Below, piece after piece: positions 12,849 to 28,600 of a stretch of 64,000 nucleotides of DNA. A program made the position numbers and the translations under genes. The stretch lies in NCBI GenBank assembly GCA_964057225.1, contig CAXKVF010000089.1:113249-177248 (forward strand), in the 5' to 3' direction. Each line of letters opens with the position of its first letter. Positions within the stretch are counted from its first letter, which is position 1. Under the pieces are notes generated by a model, which saw only the letters and a program-made list of their open reading frames with translations, was not told the origin of the DNA and made no database searches. This DNA comes from Auanema rhodensis. Lineage: Eukaryota > Animalia > Nematoda.

Positions 12849-14608
12849 CATCTCTTTATCTTTTACGTGAAGCGAATAACATACCAAGTGCACATCACGT
12901 GTACATTTAATTAGCATAAATTAAAGTTCACGTAAATTACAAAGTCATGGTTACCATGAACCAATATCAATAAAAATTTGTTTTTAGACTAATATGGACA
13001 TGGGGAATCTAATTTTGAAAACCGCATTTCTTTATCTTTCACGTGAAGCGAGTTACATACCAAGTGCACATCACGTGTACATTTAATTAGCATAAATTAA
13101 AGTTCACGTAAATTTCAAAGTCATGGTTACCATGCACCAATATCAATAAAAATTTGTTTTTAGACTAATATGGACATGGGGAATCTAATTTTGAAAACCG
13201 CATCTCTTTATCTTTCACGTGAAGCGAGTTACATACCAAGTGCACATCACGTGTACATTTAATTAGCATAAATTAAAGTTCACGTAAATTTCAAAGTCAT
13301 GGTTACCATGAACCAATATCAATAAAAATTTGTTTTTAGACTAATATGGACATGGGGAATCTAATTTTGAAAACCGCATCTCTTTATCTTTCACGTGAAG
13401 CGAGTTACATACCAAGTGCACATCACGTGTACATTTAATTAGCATAAATTAAAGTTCACGTAAATTTCAAAGTCATGGTTACCATGAACCAATATCAATA
13501 AAATTTTGTTTTTAGACTAATATGGACATGGGGAATCTAATTTTGAAAACCGCATTTCTTTATCTTTCACGTGAAGCGAGTTACATACCAAGTGCACATC
13601 ACGTGTACATTTAATTAGCATAAATTAAAGTTCACGTAAATTTCAAAGTCATGGTTACCATGAAGCAATATCAATAAAAATTCGTTTTTAGACTAATATG
13701 GACATGGGGAATCTAATTTTGAAAACCGCATCTCTTTATCTTTCACGTGAAGCGAGTTACATACCAAGTGCACATCACGTGTACATTTAATTAGCATAAA
13801 TTAAAGTTCACGTAAATTACAAAGTCATGGTTACCATGAACCAATATCAATAAAAATTTGTTTTTAGACTAATATGGACATGGGGAATCTAATTTTGAAA
13901 ACCGCATTTCTTTATCTTTCACGTGAAGCGAGTTACATACCAAGTGCACATCACGTGTACATTTAATTAGCATAAATTAAAGTTCACGTAAATTTCAAAG
14001 TCATGGTTACCATGCACCAATATCAATAAAAATTTGTTTTTAGACTAATATGGACATGGGGAATCTAATTTTGAAAACCGCATCTCTTTATCTTTCACGT
14101 GAAGCGAGTTACATACCAAGTGCACATCACGTGTACATTTAATTAGCATAAATTAAAGTTCACGTAAATTTCAAAGTCATGGTTACCATGAACCAATATC
14201 AATAAAAATTTGTTTTTAGACTAATATGGACATGGGGAATCTAATTTTGAAAACCGCATCTCTTTATCTTTCACGTGAAGCGAGTTACATACCAAGTGCA
14301 CATCACGTGTACATTTAATTAGCATAAATTAAAGTTCACGTAAATTTCAAAGTCATGGTTACCATGAACCAATATCAATAAAAATTTGTTTTTAGACTAA
14401 TATGGACATGGGGAATCTAATTTTGAAAACCGCATTTCTTTATCTTTCACGTGAAGCGAGTTACATACCAAGTGCACATCACGTGTACAATTAATTAGCA
14501 TAAATTAAAGTTCACGTAAATTTCAAAGTCATGGTTACCATGAAGCAATATCAATAAAAATTTGTTTTTAGACTAATATGGACATGGGGAATCTAATTTT
14601 GAAAACCA
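12849..14608 (+). repeat. 5-monomer (880-bp) higher-order repeat, 2 tandem copies
   Basis: m74-78 and m79-83 both read T91A(A), C4T(C), A, A, C4T(G). Confidence 0.8.
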
Positions 14609-15312
14609 CATCTCTTTATCTTTCACGTGAAGCGAGTTACATACCAAGTGCACATCACGTGTACATTTAATTAGCATAAATTAAAGTTCACGTAAATTTC
14701 AAAGTCATGGTTACCATGAACCAATATCAATAAAAATTTGTTTTTAGACTAATATGGACATGGGGAATCTAATTTTGAAAACCGCATCTCTTTATCTTTC
14801 ACGTGAAGCGAGTTACATACCAAGTGCACATCACGTGTACATTTAATTAGCATAAATTAAAGTTCACGTAAATTTCAAAGTCATGGTTACCATGAACTAA
14901 TATCAATAAAAATTTGTTTTTAGACTAATATGGACATGGGGAATCTAATTTTGAAAACCGCATCTCTTTATCTTTCACGTGAAGCGAGTTACATACCAAG
15001 TGCACATCACGTGTACATTTAATTAGCATAAATTAAAGTTCACGTAAATTTCAAAGTCATGGTTACCATGAACCAATATCAATAAAAATTTGTTTTTAGA
15101 CTAATATGGACATGGGGAATCTAATTTTGAAAACCGCATCTCTTTATCTTTCACGTGAAGCGAGTTACATACCAAGTGCACATCACGTGTACATTTAATT
15201 AGCATAAATTAAAGTTCACGTAAATTTCAAAGTCATGGTTACCATGAACCAATATCAATAAAAATTTGTTTTTAGACTAATATGGACATGGGGAATCTAA
15301 TTTTGAAAACCG

Positions 15313-18300
15313 CATCTCTTTATCTTTCACGTGAAGCGAGTTACATACCAAGTGCACATCACGTGTACATTTAATTAGCATAAATTAAAGTTCACGTAAA
15401 CTTCAAAGTCATGGTTACCATGAAGCAATATCAATAAAAATTCGTTTTTAGACTAATATGGACATGGGGAATCTAATTTTGAAAACCGCATCTCTTTATC
15501 TTTCACGTGAAGCGAGTTACATACCAAGTGCACATCACGTGTACATTTAATTAGCATAAATTAAAGTTCACGTAAATTACAAAGTCATGGTTACCATGAA
15601 CCAATATCAATAAAAATTTGTTTTTAGACTAATATGGACATGGGGAATCTAATTTTGAAAGCCGCATTTCTTTATCTTTCACGTGAAGCGAGTTACATAC
15701 CAAGTGCACATCACGTGTACATTTAATTAGCATAAATTAAAGTTCACGTAAATTTCAAAGTCATGGTTACCATGCACCAATATCAATAAAAATTTGTTTT
15801 TAGACTAATATGGACATGGGGAATCTAATTTTGAAAACCGCATCTCTTTATCTTTCACGTGAAGCGAGTTACATACCAAGTGCACATCACGTGTACATTT
15901 AATTAGCATAAATTAAAGTTCACGTAAATTTCAAAGTCATGGTTACCATGAACCAATATCAATAAAAATTTGTTTTTAGACTAATATGGACATGGGGAAT
16001 CTAATTTTGAAAACCGCATCTCTTTATCTTTCACGTGAAGCGAGTTACATACCAAGTGCACATCACGTGTACATTTAATTAGCATAAATTAAAGTTCACG
16101 TAAATTTCAAAGTCATGGTTACCATGAACCAATATCAATAAAAATTTGTTTTTAGACTAATATGGACATGGGGAATCTAATTTTGAAAACCGCATTTCTT
16201 TATCTTTCACGTGAAGCGAGTTACATACCAAGTGCACATCACGTGTACATTTAATTAGCATAAATTAAAGTTCACGTAAATTTCAAAGTCATGGTTACCA
16301 TGCACCAATATCAATAAAAATTTGTTTTTAGACTAATATGGACATGGGAAATCTAATTTTGAAAACCGCATCTCTTTATCTTTCACGTGAAGCGAGTTAC
16401 ATACCAAGTGCACATCACGTGTACATTTAGTTAGCATAAATTAAAGTTCACGTAAATTTCAAAGTCATGGTTACCATGAACCAATATCAATAAAAATTTG
16501 TTTTTAGACTAATATGGACATGGGGAATCTAATTTTGAAAACCGCATCTCTTTATCTTTCACGTGAAGCGAGTTACATACCAAGTGCACATCACGTGTAC
16601 ATTTAATTAGCATAAATTAAAGTTCACGTAAACTTCAAAGTCATGGTTACCATGAAGCAATATCAATAAAAATTTGTTTTTAGACTAATATGGACATGGG
16701 GAATCTAATTTTGAAAACCGCATCTCTTTATCTTTCACGTGAAGCGAGTTACATACCAAGTGCACATCACGTGTACATTTAATTAACATAAATTAAAGTT
16801 CACGTAAATTTCAAAGTCATGGTTACCATGAACCAATATCAATAAAAATTTGTTTTTAGACTAATATGGACATGGGGAATCTAATTTTGAAAACCGCATC
16901 TCTTTATCTTTCACGTGAAGCGAGTTACATACCAAGTGCACATCACGTGTACATTTAATTAGCATAAATTAAAGTTCACGTAAACTTCAAAGTCATGGTT
17001 ACCATGAAGCAATATCAATAAAAATTTGTTTTTAGACTAATATGGACATGGGGAATCTAATTTTGAAAACCGCATCTCTTTATCTTTCACGTGAAGCGAG
17101 TTACATACCAAGTGCACATCACGTGTACATTTAATTAGCATAAATTAAAGTTCACGTAAACTTCAAAGTCATGGTTACCATGAAGCAATATCAATAAAAA
17201 TTTGTTTTTAGACTAATATGGACATGGGGAATCTAATTTTGAAAACCGCATCTCTTTATCTTTCACGTGAAGCGAGTTACATACCAAGTGCACATCACGT
17301 GTACATTTAATTAGCATAAATTAAAGTTCACGTAAATTTCAAAGTCATGGTTACCATGAACCAATATCAATAAAAATTTGTTTTTAGACTAATATGGACA
17401 TGGGGAATCTAATTTTGAAAACCGCATCTTTTTATCTTTCACGTGAAGCGAGTTACATACCAAGTGCACATCACGTGTACATTTAATTAGCATAAATTAA
17501 AGTTCACGTAAATTTCAAAGTCATGGTTACCATGCACCAATATCAATAAAAATTTGTTTTTAGACTAATATGGACATGGGGAATCTAATTTTGAAAACCG
17601 CATCTCTTTATCTTTCACGTGAAGCGAGTTACATACCAAGTGCACATCACGTGTACATTTAATTAGCATAAATTAAAGTTCACGTAAATTTCAAAGTCAT
17701 GGTTACCATGAACCAATATCAATAAAAATTTGTTTTTAGACTAATATGGACATGGGGAATCTAATTTTGAAAACCGCATCTCTTTATCTTTCACGTGAAG
17801 CGAGTTACATACCAAGTGCACATCACGTGTACATTTAATTAGCATAAATTAAAGTTCACGTAAATTTCAAAGTCATGGTTACCATGAACCAATATCAATA
17901 AAAATTTGTTTTTAGACTAATATGGACATGGGGAATCTAATTTTGAAAACCGCATCTCTTTATCTTTCACGTGAAGCGAGTTACATACCAAGTGCACATC
18001 ACGTGTACATTTAATTAGCATAAATTAAAGTTCACGTAAATTTCAAAGTCATGGTTACCATGAACCAATATCAATAAAAATTTGTTTTTAGACTAATATG
18101 GACATGGGGAATCTAATTTTGAAAACCGCATCTCTTTATCTTTCACGTGAAGCGAGTTACATACCAAGTGCACATCACGTGTACATTTAATTAGCATAAA
18201 TTAAAGTTCACGTAAACTTCAAAGTCATGGTTACCATGAAGCAATATCAATAAAAATTCGTTTTTAGACTAATATGGACATGGGGAATCTAATTTTGAAA

Positions 18301-21300
18301 ACCGCATCTCTTTATCTTTCACGTGAAGCGAGTTACATACCAAGTGCACATCACGTGTACATTTAATTAGCATAAATTAAAGTTCACGTAAATTACAAAG
18401 TCATGGTTACCATGAACCAATATCAATAAAAATTTGTTTTTAGACTAATATGGACATGGGGAATCTAATTTTGAAAACCGCATTTCTTTATCTTTCACGT
18501 GAAGCGAGTTACATACCAAGTGCACATCACGTGTACATTTAATTAGCATAAATTAAAGTTCACGTAAATTTCAAAGTCATGGTTACCATGAACCAATATC
18601 AATAAAAATTTGTTTTTAGACTAATATGGACATGGGGAATCTAATTTTGAAAACCGCATTTCTTTATCTTTCACGTGAAGCGAGTTACATACCAAGTGCA
18701 CATCACGTGTACATTAAATTAGCATAAATTAAAGTTCACGTAAATTTCAAAGTCATGGTTACCATGCACCAATATCAATAAAAATTTGTTTTTAGACTAA
18801 TATGGACATGGGAAATCTAATTTTGAAAACCGCATCTCTTTATCTTTCACGTGAAGCGAGTTACATACCAAGTGCACATCACGTGTACATTTAGTTAGCA
18901 TAAATTAAAGTTCACGTAAATTTCAAAGTCATGGTTACCATGAACCAATATCAATAAAAATTTGTTTTTAGACTAATATGGACATGGGGAATCTAATTTT
19001 GAAAACCGCATCTCTTTATCTTTCACGTGAAGCGAGTTACATACCAAGTGCACATCACGTGTACATTTAATTAGCATAAATTAAAGTTCACGTAAACTTC
19101 AAAGTCATGGTTACCATGAAGCAATATCAATAAAAATTTGTTTTTAGACTAATATGGACATGGGGAATCTAATTTTGAAAACCGCATCTCTTTATCTTTC
19201 ACGTGAAGCGAGTTACATACCAAGTGCACATCACGTGTACATTTAATTAGCATAAATTAAAGTTCACGTAAATTTCAAAGTCATGGTTACCATGAACCAA
19301 TATCAATAAAAATTTGTTTTTAGACTAATATGGACATGGGGAATCTAATTTTGAAAACCGCATCTCTTTATCTTTCACGTGAAGCGAGTTACATACCAAG
19401 TGCACATCACGTGTACATTTAATTAGCATAAATTAAAGTTCACGTAAACTTCAAAGTCATGGTTACCATGAAGCAATATCAATAAAAATTTGTTTTTAGA
19501 CTAATATGGACATGGGGAATCTAATTTTGAAAACCGCATCTCTTTATCTTTCACGTGAAGCGAGTTACATACCAAGTGCACATCACGTGTACATTTAATT
19601 AGCATAAATTAAAGTTCACGTAAACTTCAAAGTCATGGTTACCATGAAGCAATATCAATAAAAATTTGTTTTTAGACTAATATGGACATGGGGAATCTAA
19701 TTTTGAAAACCGCATCTCTTTATCTTTCACGTGAAGCGAGTTACATACCAAGTGCACATCACGTGTACATTTAATTAGCATAAATTAAAGTTCACGTAAA
19801 TTTCAAAGTCATGGTTACCATGAACCAATATCAATAAAAATTTGTTTTTAGACTAATATGGACATGGGGAATCTAATTTTGAAAACCGCATCTTTTTATC
19901 TTTCACGTGAAGCGAGTTACATACCAAGTGCACATCACGTGTACATTTAATTAGCATAAATTAAAGTTCACGTAAATTTCAAAGTCATGGTTACCATGCA
20001 CCAATATCAATAAAAATTTGTTTTTAGACTAATATGGACATGGGGAATCTAATTTTGAAAACCGCATCTCTTTATCTTTCACGTGAAGCGAGTTACATAC
20101 CAAGTGCACATCACGTGTACATTTAATTAGCATAAATTAAAGTTCACGTAAATTTCAAAGTCATGGTTACCATGAACCAATATCAATAAAAATTTGTTTT
20201 TAGACTAATATGGACATGGGGAATCTAATTTTGAAAACCGCATCTCTTTATCTTTCACGTGAAGCGAGTTACATACCAAGTGCACATCACGTGTACATTT
20301 AATTAGCATAAATTAAAGTTCACGTAAATTTCAAAGTCATGGTTACCATGAACCAATATCAATAAAAATTTGTTTTTAGACTAATATGGACATGGGGAAT
20401 CTAATTTTGAAAACCGCATCTCTTTATCTTTCACGTGAAGCGAGTTACATACCAAGTGCACATCACGTGTACATTTAATTAGCATAAATTAAAGTTCACG
20501 TAAATTTCAAAGTCATGGTTACCATGAACCAATATCAATAAAAATTTGTTTTTAGACTAATATGGACATGGGGAATCTAATTTTGAAAACCGCATCTCTT
20601 TATCTTTCACGTGAAGCGAGTTACATACCAAGTGCACATCACGTGTACATTTAATTAGCATAAATTAAAGTTCACGTAAACTTCAAAGTCATGGTTACCA
20701 TGAAGCAATATCAATAAAAATTCGTTTTTAGACTAATATGGACATGGGGAATCTAATTTTGAAAACCGCATCTCTTTATCTTTCACGTGAAGCGAGTTAC
20801 ATACCAAGTGCACATCACGTGTACATTTAATTAGCATAAATTAAAGTTCACGTAAATTACAAAGTCATGGTTACCATGAACCAATATCAATAAAAATTTG
20901 TTTTTAGACTAATATGGACATGGGGAATCTAATTTTGAAAACCGCATTTCTTTATCTTTCACGTGAAGCGAGTTACATACCAAGTGCACATCACGTGTAC
21001 ATTTAATTAGCATAAATTAAAGTTCACGTAAATTTCAAAGTCATGGTTACCATGCACCAATATCAATAAAAATTTGTTTTTAGACTAATATGGACATGGG
21101 GAATCTAATTTTGAAAACCGCATCTCTTTATCTTTCACGTGAAGCGAGTTACATACCAAGTGCACATCACGTGTACATTTAATTAGCATAAATTAAAGTT
21201 CACGTAAATTTCAAAGTCATGGTTACCATGAACCAATATCAATAAAAATTTGTTTTTAGACTAATATGGACATGGGGAATCTAATTTTGAAAACCGCATC

Positions 21301-23232
21301 TCTTTATCTTTCACGTGAAGCGAGTTACATACCAAGTGCACATCACGTGTACATTTAATTAGCATAAATTAAAGTTCACGTAAATTTCAAAGTCATGGTT
21401 ACCATGAACCAATATCAATAAAAATTTGTTTTTAGACTAATATGGACATGGGGAATCTAATTTTGAAAACCGCATTTCTTTATCTTTCACGTGAAGCGAG
21501 TTACATACCAAGTGCACATCACGTGTACATTTAATTAGCATAAATTAAAGTTCACGTAAATTTCAAAGTCATGGTTACCATGCACCAATATCAATAAAAA
21601 TTTGTTTTTAGACTAATATGGACATGGGAAATCTAATTTTGAAAACCGCATCTCTTTATCTTTCACGTGAAGCGAGTTACATACCAAGTGCACATCACGT
21701 GTACATTTAGTTAGCATAAATTAAAGTTCACGTAAATTTCAAAGTCATGGTTACCATGAACCAATATCAATAAAAATTTGTTTTTAGACTAATATGGACA
21801 TGGGGAATCTAATTTTGAAAACCGCATCTCTTTATCTTTCACGTGAAGCGAGTTACATACCAAGTGCACATCACGTGTACATTTAATTAGCATAAATTAA
21901 AGTTCACGTAAACTTCAAAGTCATGGTTACCATGAAGCAATATCAATAAAAATTTGTTTTTAGACTAATATGGACATGGGGAATCTAATTTTGAAAACCG
22001 CATCTCTTTATCTTTCACGTGAAGCGAGTTACATACCAAGTGCACATCACGTGTACATTTAATTAGCATAAATTAAAGTTCACGTAAATTTCAAAGTCAT
22101 GGTTACCATGAACCAATATCAATAAAAATTTGTTTTTAGACTAATATGGACATGGGGAATCTAATTTTGAAAACCGCATCTCTTTATCTTTCACGTGAAG
22201 CGAGTTACATACCAAGTGCACATCACGTGTACATTTAATTAGCATAAATTAAAGTTCACGTAAACTTCAAAGTCATGGTTACCATGAAGCAATATCAATA
22301 AAAATTTGTTTTTAGACTAATATGGACATGGGGAATCTAATTTTGAAAACCGCATCTCTTTATCTTTCACGTGAAGCGAGTTACATACCAAGTGCACATC
22401 ACGTGTACATTTAATTAGCATAAATTAAAGTTCACGTAAACTTCAAAGTCATGGTTACCATGAAGCAATATCAATAAAAATTTGTTTTTAGACTAATATG
22501 GACATGGGGAATCTAATTTTGAAAACCGCATCTCTTTATCTTTCACGTGAAGCGAGTTACATACCAAGTGCACATCACGTGTACATTTAATTAGCATAAA
22601 TTAAAGTTCACGTAAATTTCAAAGTCATGGTTACCATGAACCAATATCAATAAAAATTTGTTTTTAGACTAATATGGACATGGGGAATCTAATTTTGAAA
22701 ACCGCATCTTTTTATCTTTCACGTGAAGCGAGTTACATACCAAGTGCACATCACGTGTACATTTAATTAGCATAAATTAAAGTTCACGTAAATTTCAAAG
22801 TCATGGTTACCATGCACCAATATCAATAAAAATTTGTTTTTAGACTAATATGGACATGGGGAATCTAATTTTGAAAACCGCATCTCTTTATCTTTCACGT
22901 GAAGCGAGTTACATACCAAGTGCACATCACGTGTACATTTAATTAGCATAAATTAAAGTTCACGTAAATTTCAAAGTCATGGTTACCATGAACCAATATC
23001 AATAAAAATTTGTTTTTAGACTAATATGGACATGGGGAATCTAATTTTGAAAACCGCATCTCTTTATCTTTCACGTGAAGCGAGTTACATACCAAGTGCA
23101 CATCACGTGTACATTTAATTAGCATAAATTAAAGTTCACGTAAATTTCAAAGTCATGGTTACCATGAACCAATATCAATAAAAATTTGTTTTTAGACTAA
23201 TATGGACATGGGGAATCTAATTTTGAAAACCG
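15313..23232 (+). repeat. 16-monomer (2816-bp) higher-order repeat, about 3 tandem copies; the middle copy lacks 2 monomers
   Basis: Copies start at 15313, 18129 and 20593. Markers T131C, T91A, G157A, A62G (16430, 18894, 21710) and C6T recur in the same order with spacings of 14 or 16 monomers. Confidence 0.9.
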
Positions 23233-25696
23233 CATCTCTTTATCTTTCACGTGAAGCGAGTTACATACCAAGTGCACATCACGTGTACATTTAATTAGCA
23301 TAAATTAAAGTTCACGTAAATTTCAAAGTCATGGTTACCATGCACCAATATCAATAAAAATTTGTTTTTAGACTAATATGGACATGGGGAATCTAATTTT
23401 GAAAACCGCATCTCTTTATCTTTCACGTGAAGCGAGTTACATACCAAGTGCACATCACGTGTACATTTAATTAGCATAAATTAAAGTTCACGTAAATTTC
23501 AAAGTCATGGTTACCATGAAGCAATATCAATAAAAATTTGTTTTTAGACTAATATGGACATGGGGAATCTAATTTTGAAAACCGCATCTCTTTATCTTTC
23601 ACGTGAAGCGAGTTACATACCAAGTGCACATCACGTGTACATTTAATTAGCATAAATTAAAGTTCACGTAAATTTCAAAGTCATGGTTACCATGAACCAA
23701 TATCAATAAAAATTTGTTTTTAGACTAATATGGACATGGGGAATCTAATTTTGAAAACCGCATCTCTTTATCTTTCACGTGAAGCGAGTTACATACCAAG
23801 TGCACATCACGTGTACATTTAATTAGCATAAATTAAAGTTCACGTAAAATTCAAAGTCATGGTTACCATGAACCAATATCAATAAAAATTTGTTTTTAGA
23901 CTAATATGGACATGGGGAATCTAATTTTGAAAACCGCATCTCTTTATCTTTCACGTGAAGCGAGTTACATACCAAGTGCACATCACGTGTACATTTAATT
24001 AGCATAAATTAAAGTTCACGTAAATTTCAAAGTCATGGTTACCATGAACCAATATCAATAAAAATTTGTTTTTAGACTAATATGGACATGGGGAATCTAA
24101 TTTTGAAAACCGCATCTCTTTATCTTTCACGTGAAGCGAGTTACATACCAAGTGCACATCACGTGTACATTTAATTAGCATAAATTAAAGTTCACGTAAA
24201 TTTCAAAGTCATGGTTACCATGAAGCAATATCAATAAAAATTTGTTTTTAGAGTAATATGGACATGGGGAATCTAATTTTGAAAACCGCATCTCTTTATC
24301 TTTCACGTGAAGCGAGTTACATACCAAGTGCACATCACGTGTACATTTAATTAGCATAAATTAAAGTTCACGTAAATTTCAAAGTCATGGTTACCATGAA
24401 CCAATATCAATAAAAATTTGTTTTTAGACTAATATGGACATGGGGAATCTAATTTTGAAAACCGCATCTCTTTATCTTTCACGTGAAGCGAGTTACATAC
24501 CAAGTGCACATCACGTGTACATTTAATTAGCATAAATTAAAGTTCACGTAAATTTCAAAGTCATGGTTACCATGAACCAATATCAATAAAAATTTGTTTT
24601 TAGACTAATATGGACATGGGGAATCTAATTTTGAAAACCGCATCTCTTTATCTTTCACGTGAAGCGAGTTACATACCAAGTGCACATCACGTGTACATTT
24701 AATTAGCATAAATTAAAGTTCACGTAAATTTCAAAGTCATGGTTACCATGAACCAATATCAATAAAAATTTGTTTTTAGACTAATATGGACATGGGGAAT
24801 CTAATTTTGAAAACCGCATCTCTTTATCTTTCACGTGAAGCGAGTTACATACCAAGTGCACATCACGTGTACATTTAATTAGCATAAATTAAAGTTCACG
24901 TAAATTTCAAAGTCATGGTTACCATGCACCAATATCAATAAAAATTTGTTTTTAGACTAATATGGACATGGGGAATCTAATTTTGAAAACCGCATCTCTT
25001 TATCTTTCACGTGAAGCGAGTTACATACCAAGTGCACATCACGTGTACATTTAATTAGCATAAATTAAAGTTCACGTAAATTTCAAAGTCATGGTTACCA
25101 TGAACCAATATCAATAAAAATTTGTTTTTAGACTAATATGGACATGGGGAATCTAATTTTGAAAACCGCATCTCTTTATCTTTCACGTGAAGCGAGTTAC
25201 ATACCAAGTGCACATCACGTGTACATTTAATTAGCATAAATTAAAGTTCACGTAAATTTCAAAGTCATGGTTACCATGAACCAATATCAATAAAAATTTG
25301 TTTTTAGACTAATATGGACATGGGGAATCTAATTTTGAAAACCGCATCTCTTTATCTTTCACGTGAAGCGAGTTACATACCAAGTGCACATCACGTGTAC
25401 ATTTAATTAGCATAAATTAAAGTTCACGTAAATTTCAAAGTCATGGTTACCATGAAGCAATATCAATAAAAATTTGTTTTTAGACTAATATGGACATGGG
25501 GAATCTAATTTTGAAAACCGCATCTCTTTATCTTTCACGTGAAGCGAGTTACATACCAAGTGCACATCACGTGTACATTTAATTAGCATAAATTAAAGTT
25601 CACGTAAATTTCAAAGTCATGGTTACCATGAACCAATATCAATAAAAATTTGTTTTTAGACTAATATGGACATGGGGAATCTAATTTTGAAAACCG

Positions 25697-28600
25697 CATC
25701 TCTTTATCTTTCACGTGAAGCGAGTTACATACCAAGTGCACATCACGTGTACATTTAATTAGCATAAATTAAAGTTCACGTAAATTTCAAAGTCATGGTT
25801 ACCATGCACCAATATCAATAAAAATTTGTTTTTAGACTAATATGGACATGGGGAATCTAATTTTGAAAACCGCATCTCTTTATCTTTCACGTGAAGCGAG
25901 TTACATACCAAGTGCACATCACGTGTACATTTAATTAGCATAAATTAAAGTTCACGTAAATTTCAAAGTCATGGTTACCATGAACCAATATCAATAAAAA
26001 TTTGTTTTTAGACTAATATGGACATGGGGAATCTAATTTTGAAAACCGCATCTCTTTATCTTTCACGTGAAGCGAGTTACATACCAAGTGCACATCACGT
26101 GTACATTTAATTAGCATAAATTAAAGTTCACGTAAATTTCAAAGTCATGGTTACCATGAACCAATATCAATAAAAATTTGTTTTTAGACTAATATGGACA
26201 TGGGGAATCTAATTTTGAAAACCGCATTTCTTTATCTTTCACGTGAAGCGAGTTACATACCAAGTGCACATCACGTGTACATTTAATTAGCATAAATTAA
26301 AGTTCACGTAAATTTCAAAGTCATGGTTACCATGCACCAATATCAATAAAAATTTGTTTTTAGACTAATATGGACATGGGGAATCTAATTTTGAAAACCG
26401 CATCTTTTTATCTTTCACGTGAAGCGAGTTACATACCAAGTGCACATCACGTGTACATTCAATTAGCATAAATTAAAGTTCACGTAAATTTCAAAGTCAT
26501 GGTTACCATGAACCAATATCAATAAAAATTTGTTTTTAGACTAATATGGACATGGGGAATCTAATTTTGAAAACCGCATCTCTTTATCTTTCACGTGAAG
26601 CGAGTTACATACCAAGTGCACATCACGTGTACATTTAATTAGCATAAATTAAAGTTCACGTAAATTTCAAAGTCATGGTTACCATGAACCAATATCAATA
26701 AAAATTTGTTTTTAGACTAATATGGACATGGGGAATCTAATTTTAAAAACCGCATCTCTTTATCTTTCACGTGAAGCGAGTTACATACCAAGTGCACATC
26801 ACGTGTACATTTAATTAGCATAAATTAAAGTTCACGTAAACTTCAAAGTCATGGTTACCATGAAGCAATATCAATAAAAATTTGTTTTTAGACTAATATG
26901 GACATGGGGAATCTAATTTTGAAAACCGCATCTCTTTATCTTTCACGTGAAGCGAGTTACATACCAAGTGCACATCACGTGTACATTTAATTAGCATAAA
27001 TTAAAGTTCACGTAAATTTCAAAGTCATGGTTACCATGAACCAATATCAATAAAAATTTGTTTTTAGACTAATATGGACATGGGGAATCTAATTTTGAAA
27101 ACCGCATCTCTTTATCTTTCACGTGAAGCGAGTTACATACCAAGTGCACATCACGTGTACATTTAATTAGCATAAATTAAAGTTCACGTAAATTTCAAAG
27201 TCATGGTTACCATGCACCAATATCAATAAAAATTTGTTTTTAGACTAATATGGACATGGGGAATCTAATTTTGAAAACCGCATCTCTTTATCTTTCACGT
27301 GAAGCGAGTTACATACCAAGTGCACATCACGTGTACATTTAATTAGCATAAATTAAAGTTCACGTAAACTTCAAAGTCATGGTTACCATGAAGCAATATC
27401 AATAAAAATTTGTTTTTAGACTAATATGGACATGGGGAATCTAATTTTGAAAACCGCATCTCTTTATCTTTCACGTGAAGCGAGTTACATACCAAGTGCA
27501 CATCACGTGTACATTTAATTAGCATAAATTAAAGTTCACGTAAATTTCAAAGTCATGGTTACCATGAACCAATATCAATAAAAATTTGTTTTTAGACTAG
27601 TATGGACATGGGGAATCTAATTTTGAAAACCGCATCTCTTTATCTTTCACGTGAAGCGAGTTACATACCAAGTGCACATCACGTGTACATTTAATTAGCA
27701 TAAATTAAAGTTCACGTAAATTTCAAAGTCATGGTTACCATGAAGCAATATCAATAAAAATTTGTTTTTAGACTAATATGGTCATGGGGAATCTAATTTT
27801 GAAAACCGCATCTCTTTATCTTTCACGTGAAGCGAGTTACATACCAAGTGCACATCACGTGTACATTTAATTAGCATAAATTAAAGTTCACGTAAATTTC
27901 AAAGTCATGGTTACCATGCACCAATATCAATAAAAATTTGTTTTTAGACTAATATGGACATGGGGAATCTAATTTTGAAAACCGCATCTCTTTATCTTTC
28001 ACGTGAAGCGAGTTACATACCAAGTGCACATCACGTGTACATTTAATTAGCATAAATTAAAGTTCACGTAAATTTCAAAGTCATGGTTACCATGAACCAA
28101 TATCAATAAAAATTTGTTTTTAGACTAATATGGACATGAAGAATCTAATTTTGAAAACCGCATCTCTTTATCTTTCACGTGAAGCGAGTTACATACCAAG
28201 TGCACATCACGTGTACATTTAATTAGCATAAATTAAAGTTCACGTAAATTTCAAAGTCATGGTTACCATGAAGCAATATCAATAAAAATTTGTTTTTAGA
28301 CTAATATGGACATGGGGAATCTAATTTTGAAAACCGCATCTCTTTATCTTTCACGTGAAGCGAGTTACATACCAAGTGCACATCACGTGTACATTTAATT
28401 AGCATAAATTAAAGTTCACGTAAATTTCAAAGTCATGGTTACCATGAACCAATATCAATAAAAATTTGTTTTTAGACTAATATGGACATGGGGAATCTAA
28501 TTTTGAAAACCGCATCTCTTTATCTTTCACGTGAAGCGAGTTACATACCAAGTGCACATCACGTGTACATTTAATTAGCATAAATTAAAGATCACGTAAA

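Noticed and set aside
24175-24357. 60-aa minus-strand ORF (MLIKCTRDVH...)
   Set aside because: Every monomer has the same 34-codon frame ending at a TAG (cta at 141-143 on the + strand). Here a single C141G at 24253 removes the stop. There is no recognisable domain or gene context.
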